A DNA stretch of 64,000 bases. Origin: Spirochaetia bacterium (lineage in GTDB: Bacteria > Spirochaetota > Spirochaetia > CADAEX01). The notes beneath the pieces were generated by a model. It had not been told where the DNA came from. It did no database searches and worked only from the letters and a program-made list of their open reading frames with translations. The stretch spans positions 223,595-287,594 of the forward strand of contig CAXXHA010000010.1 in NCBI GenBank assembly GCA_963662265.2. The letters run 5' to 3'. Position 1 is the stretch's first letter, and every line of letters begins with the position of its first letter. Shown in pieces: positions 1 to 9,233 of this stretch. A program made the position numbers and the translations under genes.

Positions 1-1359
1 GCCCCCTTCCTCACGCCTGTTAAGTATCTGTTTTCTGATATATTCTGTTGCACCGATATCAAGACCATATGTCGGATGAGAAGCAACAAGAAGAGCAGGC
101 TTGCTTTCTATCTCACGGCCGATAATAAGCTTCTGTATATTACCCCCTGAAAGGGATTTAACCGGCACATTTATGGAAGGCGCTGCAATATTGAATTTTT
201 CTACAATATTTGTTGTATGCTGTTTAATCAGGTCGTAATCGAGAAAGAGAAGCCTGGAAAAAGGGCTTGAATGGTGTTTTTTCAGAATTGCATTCTCATA
301 TATGAAGAGATTGGGAACAATCCCGAACTTGATCCTTTCCTCCGGGACATGTGTTATACCGCGTGTATTTACAACACGGGCAGACTGATTTGTAATTGAA
401 TCATCTTCAAGCATTATTTCCCCGGAATGAGCTTTTCTGAGCCCTGTAATTGATTCGACAAGCTCTCTCTGACCGTTACCCGATACACCGGCAATACCGA
501 AAACCTCGTTTCTGTAAACAGAGAAGTTAAGAGAATTAACAGCCTTGTTTCCCCTGTCTCCCAGGACAACAAGATCTTTGACTTCAAGGACTTTTTCCCC
601 CCTGGGCATAGGCTTCTTGTCAAAGGTAAGAAAGACATCACGGCCAACCATCATTCTGGCAAGAGCTTTCTTATCTATATCCTTTACAAAAGCCTCACCT
701 ACAGTTTCCCCTTTTCTGAGAACTGTTACCCTGTTGCAGATATTCATAATCTCATCAAGTTTATGGCTTATGAGAATAATTGAATGTCCCTCAAGGGTCA
801 TCCTCCGGATTATTTCAAACAGATCATCTGACTCCTGAGGAGTCAGAACACTTGTCGGTTCATCCATGATAAGAAGATCTGCTTCAAGAAAAAGCGCTTT
901 CAGAATCTCAACCTTCTGCTGCTCACCTGCCGAAAGCTGCCAGATTTTCTTATCAGGATCAACTTCCATTCCATACTGCCTGGAAATTCTGAATATCTTT
1001 TCCCTGATATATTTTTTGGGAAAAAAGAAAGGAACATCCTTGAATCCGAGAGCAATATTCTCCGCTACTGTATGATTCTGAACAAGCATGAAATGCTGAT
1101 GAATCATTCCTATCCCGGAACCCATACTGTCTTTCGGGGATTTGATTCTGACAGATTCGCCATTTATACAAATTTCCCCCTCATCCGGCTTGTACAGGCC
1201 GTAGAGGATATTCATGAGCGTTGTTTTACCGGCCCCGTTCTCGCCAAGAAGACCAAGGACCTCCCCTGATTTGATCTTCAGGTTGATATTTTTATTTGCA
1301 TAAAATCCGTGGAAGGATTTGGAAATACCCTTCATTTCAAGGGTTTCTATTCTATGCAC
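1..1359 (-). CDS. ABC transporter ATP-binding protein with duplicated NBDs, BMP/nucleoside-uptake (CUT2) type; 3' end lies outside the window
   Basis: The minus-strand frame is open to the window edge, so it is absent from the ORF track. GTG at 1359-1357 has AGGAGA 7 nt upstream. Translation VHRIETLEMKGISKSF...GEVLGLLGENGAGKTTLMNILYGLY (Walker A), LSAGEQQKVEILKAL, LLIMDEPTS; second NBD has GVSGNGQREL and LSGGNIQK. Confidence 0.85.
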   Translation of the reverse strand, partial: MHRIETLEMKGISKSFHGFYANKNINLKIKSGEVLGLLGENGAGKTTLMNILYGLYKPDEGEICINGESVRIKSPKDSMGSGIGMIHQHFMLVQNHTVAENIALGFKDVPFFFPKKYIREKIFRISRQYGMEVDPDKKIWQLSAGEQQKVEILKALFLEADLLIMDEPTSVLTPQESDDLFEIIRRMTLEGHSIILISHKLDEIMNICNRVTVLRKGETVGEAFVKDIDKKALARMMVGRDVFLTFDKKPMPRGEKVLEVKDLVVLGDRGNKAVNSLNFSVYRNEVFGIAGVSGNGQRELVESITGLRKAHSGEIMLEDDSITNQSARVVNTRGITHVPEERIKFGIVPNLFIYENAILKKHHSSPFSRLLFLDYDLIKQHTTNIVEKFNIAAPSINVPVKSLSGGNIQKLIIGREIESKPALLVASHPTYGLDIGATEYIRKQILNRREEGG

Positions 1360-1552
1360 AAGATTTTCTCCTGATTTTTGTTGTTGAAGGCAATATAACC
1401 CGGACAGCACTGAAACCAGAACACAATGCTGAAAACTGCTGATTATTATCCAGCATGGCCGGGGTACCCCCCTCACAGTTCTCCCGGCTTTATGGTTTCA
1501 GGAAGTATAAGTAAAATAAATCACTTACAGATAAAGAGATATACATATCCGG

Positions 1553-1573
1553 GAATATTATCAAATAATATTC
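1553..1573. promoter_or_regulatory. Perfect 9-bp inverted repeat GAATATTAT-caa-ATAATATTC, followed by more AT-rich palindromes up to about 1615; candidate operator upstream of the ABC ATPase gene
   Basis: Read directly. The arms are exact reverse complements. CAAATATTTG (10-bp palindrome) and AATAATATT/AATATTATT arms follow. It lies about 200 bp upstream of the GTG start at 1359. Confidence 0.35.
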
Positions 1574-1757
1574 AAATATTTGATATTCTGCAATAATAAG
1601 AAATATTATTTAGGAATAAATGAAGTATCAGAAACTGTTATTTAGCAGAAAACTGACGTCACGACATGGAAAATACAGAATAGTTTATTTTAGACTTTTA
1701 AAATTTGATTTCAGAACAGGCTTTTATAAATTGAATCAATAACCCCTCTAGCTGTAC

Positions 1758-1834
1758 GTTCCGGTTGGTTTTACGCCTGTTCCGGCTGGTTTTTCGCCCG
1801 TTCCGTTGGTACGGGCTGGATATGGGCTGGATAC
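1758..1834. repeat. Helically phased direct repeats: GTTCCGGyTGGTTTT at 1758 and 1779 and GTTCCGTTGGT at 1800 (21-bp period), then GGGCTGGATA at 1813 and 1824 (11-bp period)
   Basis: Coordinates counted directly from the sequence. The repeats lie between the LysR stop (1899) and the ABC ATPase start (1359). Confidence 0.7.
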
Positions 1835-1898
1835 GGCTTTTTACAAACTGCGGAGTATCAGACCCGCCCTGCGAATAAAAAGCCGATGAATTTAATAA

Positions 1899-2804
1899 TT
1901 ATTTTGACTGTTTAAAATCTTTTCCCCAGTCAAAAATATCTTCTATCAAACTGCTTACAGTTTTTTTCATTATCTTCTGGGAATTGTATGCCAGGTAAAA
2001 CTTTCTCTTCAGTTCCGGGTCATTTATTCTTACTGCATGAATTTCGCCCCGTTCAATTTCATTTTTAATAACATTTTCCGCGATGAATCCAAATCCCATC
2101 CCGTTTTTGACAAAATTCTTCAACATTTCGCTGTTTGAAAAATCGCCTCTGACATTTACTGTTATCTTGTTTCTTGTGAGGAATTTCTTTACAGAGTCTA
2201 TTGTTCCGCAGCTTTTTTCCATGAAGAAAACATTTTCAAGCCCGTCTATCTCTTCAGGGTCCACAAAATCTCTATCTGAAAATTTACTTTCCTTCGGACA
2301 GATAAGAACAATTCTGTCTTCAAGTATCTCTGTTACTGTCAAACAGGAGTCCTTGATTTTTTTGGAAATAATTCCGAAATCACACTTGAGATCTATAAGG
2401 TTCATTATGACCTGGCTATCCGGCAGAATATCAAGCGACACATAATTATCTGGATTGCTGGACAGGAAATCGGGATAAATATAGGAAAAATAATGTATTG
2501 CAAAAGTTTCAGTTGAATATATTTTTATCCGGCTCTGATTCTGCTTTATTAAATCATTGATTTCAGCAGCAACCTTTATTTCATTTTCAAAAAAATCTTT
2601 TGCAATTTCAAAAATCCGGGATCCCTCATTAGTCAACTCTACATGCTTCTTGCTTTTATTTATCAAAGACAGCTGAAGTTCGTTCTGCAGCTCCTGAACC
2701 TGTCTGGTCACTGTAGGCTGCGATGTTTCGAGATATTTTGCAGCATTACTGAAACTTTTAAACTTTGCAGTATAATAAAACGTTTTTAGCAAATTTATAT
2801 TCAT
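1899..2804 (-). CDS. LysR-family transcriptional regulator
   Basis: MNINLLKTFYYTAKFKSFSNAAKYLETSQPTVTRQVQELQNEL is a typical LTTR N-terminal wHTH, and the length is about 300 aa. ATG at 2804 is preferred over the TTG at 2813 reported in the track. Confidence 0.85.
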   Translation of the reverse strand: MNINLLKTFYYTAKFKSFSNAAKYLETSQPTVTRQVQELQNELQLSLINKSKKHVELTNEGSRIFEIAKDFFENEIKVAAEINDLIKQNQSRIKIYSTETFAIHYFSYIYPDFLSSNPDNYVSLDILPDSQVIMNLIDLKCDFGIISKKIKDSCLTVTEILEDRIVLICPKESKFSDRDFVDPEEIDGLENVFFMEKSCGTIDSVKKFLTRNKITVNVRGDFSNSEMLKNFVKNGMGFGFIAENVIKNEIERGEIHAVRINDPELKRKFYLAYNSQKIMKKTVSSLIEDIFDWGKDFKQSK

Positions 2805-2917
2805 ACAACGCAACCTTATTTTATATTATTAAACAGATATCTGACTTCTAAGTCAGTTTTCATAACAAGCACAAGTATATATTATTATTTAAAACAATAC
2901 TCTGAATAAAAACAATT

Positions 2918-4396
2918 TTAACTTCCTATGATTCTATCAACAGCTTTTTCCCATCTTTCAAACTTCCGGATATTATCCATGTATTTCTCATGCCTGATAA
3001 TTTCCTTTTGTTTTTCAATCTTTTGTATTTCATCAAGATCAGACCAGATTCCAAGGCCTAATCCGGCAAGATAACAACCGCCGAGAGCTGTTATTTCATT
3101 CTCCCTGGGCTTGATTATTTCAATTCCCAGAAGTTTTGAAAGATAATCAATTAAAAAAGCATTATTTGTAACACCGCCGTCTATTGAAAGAGATCTGATT
3201 GACTGGATTCCATTTTTCTCAATCAGGTTCACTATCTGGTAAATACGAAATGCTATTGATTCAAGCACAGATTTTACCAGTTGATTCCTGCTTGTATCAA
3301 GCCCCATGCCTGTAAATGCAGCATTGCTTTCAGTAGTCCAGTATGGAACAGATAATCCAGCAAGAGCCGGAATAAAAAAGACTTCACTGTCGCCATCCTT
3401 AACCATCTCTTCCAGTTCGCTGTTTGATTCAAAGACACCGATTTTATTCTTAAGCCAGTCAATTGCAGATCCGACTGTATATATCCCGCCGTCGATTATA
3501 TAACCTTTTTCATCTTTCAACTGGGGACAAACTGTTGTAATCAGCTTATCCTTTTTAAAAGGTATTTCATAACCTACATTAACAAGTAAAAATCCGCCTG
3601 TACCCAATGTAAGTTTAGCCTCGCCCTTATTGAAACACCTGTGCCCGAACAATGCAGACTGCTGATCCACTACTGAAGAGATAATAGGCGCTTCTATTCC
3701 GGAGCATATTTCAGGATCAGTTATTCCATAGTCAAAAATAGTTGATGCTGTCTCCGGTAGCAGATTCATATTTAAGCCGAAGAAATCAACAATTTTTTCA
3801 TCCCATTTATATTTATCAATATCAAACAGAAGTGTCCTGGAAGCTGTAGTCACATCTGTGCAGTAGTTTTTCTTTTTAATCAGTTTATTTATAAGCCATA
3901 CTTCAGAAGTAGCAATAATAAGATTGTTTTTTTTATTTTCTGCTTCAATTTCAGAAATATTATCCAGAAGCCATTTCATTTTAGGAGCTGAAAAATAAGA
4001 ATCCATGAAAAGCCCTGTTGTTTTTTCTATATAATTTTCAATCGCAGGGTTTTTATAGATATTCAAATCCTCTGAAGTTCTGTTATCCTGCCAGACAATA
4101 GCATTATAGAGGGGTTCGAGAGTTGTCTTGTTAAACGGAATAATTGTCTCGCCCTGATTATCTATCGCTACAGCAGCTATTTCTTTAGGCGAAACATCAT
4201 AATTATTTAAGACATCTTTAATTCCGTCTGTAATACTTAAAAATATATCCTGAGGATTATGTTCAACCCAGTTTCTTTTCGGAGTAATTGTTTTAAACGG
4301 TTTTATAATTTTTACTATTTCGTTGGTTTTGAAATCATAGAGGACTACTTTAGTAGATGTTGTTCCCTGATCAATAGATAAAATATATTCATTCAT
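2918..4396 (-). CDS. FGGY-family carbohydrate kinase, glycerol-kinase-like
   Basis: MNEYILSIDQGTTSTKVVLYDF...WVEHNPQDI...NAIVWQDNRTSE parallels GlpK motifs (DQGTTS, WVEHDP, NAIVWQ). GAGGTG RBS lies 5 nt before the ATG at 4396. Confidence 0.8.
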   Translation of the reverse strand: MNEYILSIDQGTTSTKVVLYDFKTNEIVKIIKPFKTITPKRNWVEHNPQDIFLSITDGIKDVLNNYDVSPKEIAAVAIDNQGETIIPFNKTTLEPLYNAIVWQDNRTSEDLNIYKNPAIENYIEKTTGLFMDSYFSAPKMKWLLDNISEIEAENKKNNLIIATSEVWLINKLIKKKNYCTDVTTASRTLLFDIDKYKWDEKIVDFFGLNMNLLPETASTIFDYGITDPEICSGIEAPIISSVVDQQSALFGHRCFNKGEAKLTLGTGGFLLVNVGYEIPFKKDKLITTVCPQLKDEKGYIIDGGIYTVGSAIDWLKNKIGVFESNSELEEMVKDGDSEVFFIPALAGLSVPYWTTESNAAFTGMGLDTSRNQLVKSVLESIAFRIYQIVNLIEKNGIQSIRSLSIDGGVTNNAFLIDYLSKLLGIEIIKPRENEITALGGCYLAGLGLGIWSDLDEIQKIEKQKEIIRHEKYMDNIRKFERWEKAVDRIIGS

Positions 4397-4578
4397 ATAC
4401 ACCTCTACAAAAATTATTAGAAATTATCAGATATTTAGAGACTCTTTCGCATGAACTTGTTTATTCTGTAAATCTGACTAAGTGCCCTGTAACAGAAACT
4501 TCCACAGATGAAACTGCAGAAGTTTCCAAACCAGATAAAAAAGTTCTCAATAAAGTTATTCAAACTTTGAATAATTTT

Positions 4579-5898
4579 CTATTTTGCAAAATACAGGTCA
4601 GGCAGCCATGTAGCAATTTCCGGGAAAATAATCAGAATTGCTATTGTTGCAACCATAAGCAGGATGAAAGGAACAATGGAACGGTATATATCACCAAGAG
4701 TTATTTCCTTAGGAGCCATTGCCTTCATGAGAAACAGGTTATATCCGAACGGAGGTGTCAGGTAAGCTATCTGACATGTTATTGTATAGAGAACCCCGTA
4801 CCATATCGGGTTAAAACCCATTTTAACTACCAGCGGTATATAAAGCGGAGCTACAATAATAAGCATAGCTGTATCATCCAGGAAAGTTCCAAGCAGCAGG
4901 AATGAAACCTGCATGGCAATAATAGTCCCTATAGGACCGAAACCATGGCTCAGGAATAATGATGCAATAGCATGTACAGCTCCGAGACCGTCAAAAATTC
5001 CTGCAAAAGCCATAGCAGACATTGCAACCCACATGAACATAACACTTACACTTACTGTCTGTGTCAGAACTTTGTTCAGGATTTCCCAGTTAAATCTTTT
5101 CTTGATAATTGCTGCAATTACAGTTGCAATTGCACCGATCGCAGAACTCTCAACAAGACTTGTTACACCAAGAAGGAAAAGACCGGACATCATTAAAATA
5201 ATAAATAATGGAAGAAGACCGCCCTGCAGAGCTTTAATCTTTTCTTTCATCGGGAGGTCCCATTCTTCTCTCGGCAGTACAGGTCCCAGGTCAGGCTGAA
5301 GGTGACATCTTACAATGATATATGCAATGAACATTCCAGACATGAGAAGACCAGGAAAAACACCTGCGAGCCAGAGATGACCTACCGGCTGTCTTGCAAT
5401 CATTCCGTAAAGCACAAGAACTACACTTGGCGGTATCAGAATACCAAGGGAACTTCCGGCCTGGATTACACCTGTTACCATCTTTTTGTCATACTTCCTT
5501 TTAAGCATTTCCGGCAGAGCTACACTGCTGCCAACGCTCATCCCGGCAACACTTAAACCGTTAATTGCGGATATAACAGCCATCAGACAAATAGTCCCGA
5601 TTGCCAGTCCCCCTTTCAGAGGCCCGGTTAGAATATGTATCAGTTTATACAAATCTTCTGATATTTTTGATTCAGAAAACAAATATCCGATAAATACAAA
5701 AATCGGCAGAGTAACCAGAGGATACCAGTTAATAAGTTTGAAAGCAGAATGAAACCCCATTTCCATTCCGCCGGCACCCCAGAGGGCTATAGCGAAAATA
5801 CTTGCAACTCCCCCTATAACAGCATATATATGACGTCCCGATAAGAGAGTAACAAACATGGTAAGAAACATTAATAGTGCAATATACTCATAACTCAT
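4579..5898 (-). CDS. TRAP transporter large permease (DctM family)
   Basis: About 440 aa polytopic membrane protein, MSYEYIALLMFLTMFVTLLSG... GGAGG RBS precedes the ATG at 5898. It overlaps the DctQ stop by 11 nt. Confidence 0.85.
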   Translation of the reverse strand: MSYEYIALLMFLTMFVTLLSGRHIYAVIGGVASIFAIALWGAGGMEMGFHSAFKLINWYPLVTLPIFVFIGYLFSESKISEDLYKLIHILTGPLKGGLAIGTICLMAVISAINGLSVAGMSVGSSVALPEMLKRKYDKKMVTGVIQAGSSLGILIPPSVVLVLYGMIARQPVGHLWLAGVFPGLLMSGMFIAYIIVRCHLQPDLGPVLPREEWDLPMKEKIKALQGGLLPLFIILMMSGLFLLGVTSLVESSAIGAIATVIAAIIKKRFNWEILNKVLTQTVSVSVMFMWVAMSAMAFAGIFDGLGAVHAIASLFLSHGFGPIGTIIAMQVSFLLLGTFLDDTAMLIIVAPLYIPLVVKMGFNPIWYGVLYTITCQIAYLTPPFGYNLFLMKAMAPKEITLGDIYRSIVPFILLMVATIAILIIFPEIATWLPDLYFAK

Positions 5899-6442
5899 CG
5901 TCAAACCTCCAGTCTTTAATCCAGGATGTATCTTTGCCGAATGCAAGTACTATATCTTTAATAATTTCAGAAATATTCTGTAACAGCATAAGAGCTACAC
6001 CTGCAGTAGCAATAATTTTCATCGGGGCTATAGGCGGAGCCCATGCTGAATAATTAGTCTGATTATATTTCAACGCATAAGCTGAACTTGAAAAACCGCC
6101 AATTAAAAGCCAAATTAAAAATGCAAGGCTTAATGCAAAAGTAAGAATATCAAAGACAGTTTTTTTCCTCTGAGACCATTCATGATAAAAATAGTCCATA
6201 CGAACATGCCCGCCTATCAGATATACATAAGCTCCGCCCAGCAGATAATAGGTTCCATTAATAAACTGAGTAATTTCCAGTGACCATTTATTGGAAATAT
6301 CAAAAAAATTCCTACACATGGCTTCATATGCCAAAACTGCAATCATTAATAAAACCAGAAATTTAACCACATTGCCGAGTGCTGCGCTTATGGAATCTAT
6401 AGACTTTACATAAATTTTAATCGGCTTCATTATAAAATCCAT
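5888..6442 (-). CDS. TRAP transporter small permease (DctQ family)
   Basis: 184 aa, about 4 TM segments, positioned between the SBP and DctM genes. Confidence 0.8.
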   Translation of the reverse strand: MDFIMKPIKIYVKSIDSISAALGNVVKFLVLLMIAVLAYEAMCRNFFDISNKWSLEITQFINGTYYLLGGAYVYLIGGHVRMDYFYHEWSQRKKTVFDILTFALSLAFLIWLLIGGFSSSAYALKYNQTNYSAWAPPIAPMKIIATAGVALMLLQNISEIIKDIVLAFGKDTSWIKDWRFDDEL

Positions 6443-6555
6443 TTCTCTTTTCCTTCTAAAAAATTATGCTGTATTCCCTTCGAAATGAGCAGAGAATACA
6501 GCCTGAAGATATTTTAATCTGATTTTCATCAGATTAAAATATCAAAGTTTCATTC

Positions 6556-7650
6556 TTATTTTCCGCCTGTGTAAGGAGCGCCTGCTTTCTGTCTGATCTC
6601 TGCATACTCTTTAAATGCTTTGATAATTCTTTCAGATCTTGGGCTTTTCTTGGAAAATTCATCCCAGTATTTAGCAGCCTGCGCTTCTACGCCTGTCCAC
6701 TGGTCTTCTGGAATTGAAGTAAGTTCCATTTTAGCACCTTCAGCTCTGTACTTAGCTTCTCCCCACCAGTACCAGTGAAGTCTGTAATAGTTGGATGCCT
6801 GAATTGTCATTTTTAATAGTCTCTGGAGGTGATCAGGAAGAGCTTCCCATGACTTTGTGTTAACAAAGAAACCGCCTGACCATGCACCTGAAATAGGGTT
6901 TGTTAAAAGGTAATCACATACATCAGCAATACCTGTTGTATAAAGTTCAGTAGCGCCTGACCATGTTACACCATCAAGCATTCCTGTCTGAAGAGCCATC
7001 TGTACATCTTCTACAGGCATAACTACAGGAACAATACCGTATTCTGCCTCAAGGAATTTACCGTTGAAAAGAGAAGTAAAAAGTCTCATACCTTTAAGAT
7101 CTTCTACACTTCTTACAGGTTTTGTACTTGCTACAAGACAAGGGTCCCAGCTTCCCTGAGAAAGCCATGTAACACCTTCGATTTCATCATAAGCTTCTTT
7201 CCAGATTTCATTAAGGCCGTATCTGTTCCATAAAACATCAATATCAAGACCGATTCTTCCTGCTGCAGGAAAATAAGCTGAGAATGTTGCAACATCTGCA
7301 GGTGAACCCATTGATTCATCATCACTGAGAGCCATATCTACAGTACCGCTCTGAACAGCATTAAAAAGTTCTCCATGAGGTACAAGCTGGTCAGCCCCGA
7401 AAATTTCGATTACCATTTCACCGTTTGCAATCTCATTGAATTCCTTGATCATGTTGCCGATGATTTCATCATTCATTGAAGGCCCTGCATATGTCTGAAG
7501 CCTCCATCTGATTGTTTCTTTCTTTGCATTTCCGCCTGCATCTCCAGAGCCGGCATTATTACCGCAGCCGGTAAAAATCAAAGAAGCCATTACTACCATT
7601 GCAGTAAGTCCGATAACAAAGAAAAATCTTCCAACGTTCTTCTTTTTCAC
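6556..7650 (-). CDS. TRAP transporter substrate-binding lipoprotein (DctP-type); ligand unknown
   Basis: Signal peptide with lipobox LIFTGC, 364 aa, directly upstream of the DctQ/DctM genes. Confidence 0.8.
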   Translation of the reverse strand: MKKKNVGRFFFVIGLTAMVVMASLIFTGCGNNAGSGDAGGNAKKETIRWRLQTYAGPSMNDEIIGNMIKEFNEIANGEMVIEIFGADQLVPHGELFNAVQSGTVDMALSDDESMGSPADVATFSAYFPAAGRIGLDIDVLWNRYGLNEIWKEAYDEIEGVTWLSQGSWDPCLVASTKPVRSVEDLKGMRLFTSLFNGKFLEAEYGIVPVVMPVEDVQMALQTGMLDGVTWSGATELYTTGIADVCDYLLTNPISGAWSGGFFVNTKSWEALPDHLQRLLKMTIQASNYYRLHWYWWGEAKYRAEGAKMELTSIPEDQWTGVEAQAAKYWDEFSKKSPRSERIIKAFKEYAEIRQKAGAPYTGGK

Positions 7651-7768
7651 AAAATCCCCCTAAACCAAACTTAAAACTAAAATATTCACAGGCAAAATGC
7701 CTGTTGTTAGAAAATAGAAACTACCGGGCAAATACGACAATTTCTAATTACTACCGAAATAAGTATTC

Positions 7769-8878
7769 TTAATTCCCTGACATATCCTTAAAAACACTTT
7801 CCAGAACTTTTACAAAAGCCCTGCAGTCATCAGGAAAAATCAGACCCATATTTGCTATCTGAAACATGTTTTTCTCGAGAAAAGGCCCTTTTCCCAGATA
7901 TAACACATATCCTTCCTCTTCCATTCTATCAATAAAATCATGTACAGGAATCGAATCCGGAAGAAAAACAGATGTTACTGTATTTGATGAAACTTTATCA
8001 TCAAGAAGAACTTTAAGCCCCATATCTGCAACATACTTTCTGATTATTCCGGCATTTTCTCTGTATCTTGCAATACGTCTGTCCATCCCCTCTTCCAGCA
8101 GTTCCCTGACTGACTCAAGAAATGTATTAAACATAACAACTGACGGCGTATTAAGTGTCTGGTTGATTGATTCAGCAAGCTCTATATGCTTCTGAAGCCT
8201 CAGATATGTATTTCTTACAGGTGTATTCGCAATTTCGCTGATTCTCTCTCTTTTTGTAATAACAAAAGAAGCACCCGGCTGTCCTCCGACCGCTTTATTG
8301 GGAACTCCTGTACAGAAATCAACACTCCAGTCATCAAGATAAATAGCTTCTCCCCCTACCGCACTTACTGCATCCAGATGGAAAAGAACATTATATTTTT
8401 TTGTAAGCTCAGAAACTTCCTTAACCGGGTTAATCATACCGGAACTTGTTTCATGCATAACCATCAGCAGATGTGTAATTGAAGAATCATTTTTAAGAGC
8501 ATCTTCAATTTTGCTGATATCAGGATATCCCCCCCAGTCAAAATCCAGTACTGTGTTGGAAATACCGTAGCAATCAACAAATTTTGCAAGCCTGCTTCCA
8601 AATTCACCATTGCTGATAACAAGAGCCTTTGAATCTTCCGAAAAAACAGAAGAGATGACACATTCATTGGCAGCACTTCCAGAACCTGTAAGTACAACCG
8701 AAGAATAGTTTTCTTCAGAAGCATTAACAATTTTAAGAATACCCTGTCTTAATTCAGAATATATTTTTTCAAAATCTCCCCTTCGATGACACAAATCAGG
8801 GATTAACGCCGCATTTTTTACTTTATCAGTAGTTAATACCGGCCCCGGGGCAAATAAGTATTTTTTTTGCATTATCAC
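7769..8878 (-). CDS. Class V aminotransferase, PhnW-like (2-aminoethylphosphonate:pyruvate transaminase family)
   Basis: Block-wise resemblance to PhnW as I recall it: FAPGPVLTT, SVVLTGSGSAANE, VISNGEFGSRL, MHETSSGMINP, HLDAVSAVGG, PNKAVGGQPGASFVI (PLP lysine), IANMG. Confidence 0.7.
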   Translation of the reverse strand: MIMQKKYLFAPGPVLTTDKVKNAALIPDLCHRRGDFEKIYSELRQGILKIVNASEENYSSVVLTGSGSAANECVISSVFSEDSKALVISNGEFGSRLAKFVDCYGISNTVLDFDWGGYPDISKIEDALKNDSSITHLLMVMHETSSGMINPVKEVSELTKKYNVLFHLDAVSAVGGEAIYLDDWSVDFCTGVPNKAVGGQPGASFVITKRERISEIANTPVRNTYLRLQKHIELAESINQTLNTPSVVMFNTFLESVRELLEEGMDRRIARYRENAGIIRKYVADMGLKVLLDDKVSSNTVTSVFLPDSIPVHDFIDRMEEEGYVLYLGKGPFLEKNMFQIANMGLIFPDDCRAFVKVLESVFKDMSGN

Positions 8879-8938
8879 TCCATAATTTGCAGCATTATTT
8901 TAAAAACAATGCTGCTATATATTCTACAACGAATAATA

Positions 8939-9026
8939 ATATTTATTTATGTATAATAATAAATATACTAAAGGGATTTTGTCAAGATATATTCATTTTT
9001 AGATATCGTTATTTATTTATGTATAA
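8939..9026. promoter_or_regulatory. Promoter/operator region of the aminotransferase-TRAP operon: 9-bp inverted repeat, 17-nt perfect direct repeat, and a TTGACA -35 box on the minus strand
   Basis: ATATTTATT (8939-8947) and AATAAATAT (8958-8966) are exact reverse complements with a 10-nt spacer. TATTTATTTATGTATAA occurs at 8940-8956 and again at 9010-9026 (70 bp apart). Minus-strand TTGACA at 8985-8980, with TATTAT about 18 nt downstream. Confidence 0.45.
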
Positions 9027-9160
9027 AGATGTATCGATATATACCAAATCCCGGTTCTATATGCTCTTCTCTACCTGATTAGGGCCTTATAATGCTGTCA
9101 GATCACTATCTCCTGCTTACTTCAAAACAGGGGACTTGTGCCTGTTACTTTCACAGGCAT

Positions 9161-9190
9161 AAAAAAAGCGCTGATCAGATGACCAGCGCT
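9161..9190 (-). terminator. Rho-independent terminator after the BMP lipoprotein gene (bidirectional shape)
   Basis: Stem AGCGCTG/CAGCGCT with a 10-nt loop, flanked by A7 on the plus strand, which gives a U7 tail on the minus-strand transcript. A second hairpin CCCCG/CGGGG lies at about 9201-9215. Confidence 0.8.
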
Positions 9191-9233
9191 TTTGTATATC
9201 CCCGTACACCGGGGTATTCATATTATTAAATTT

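Noticed and set aside
1360-1500. Possible purine/nucleoside riboswitch in the leader of the ABC ATPase gene
   Set aside because: I could not find the purine riboswitch junction and loop signatures (UAUAAU, GAUAUGG, CCGUAAA-like elements), nor c-di-GMP-I or ZTP-like cores. Only generic hairpins are present.
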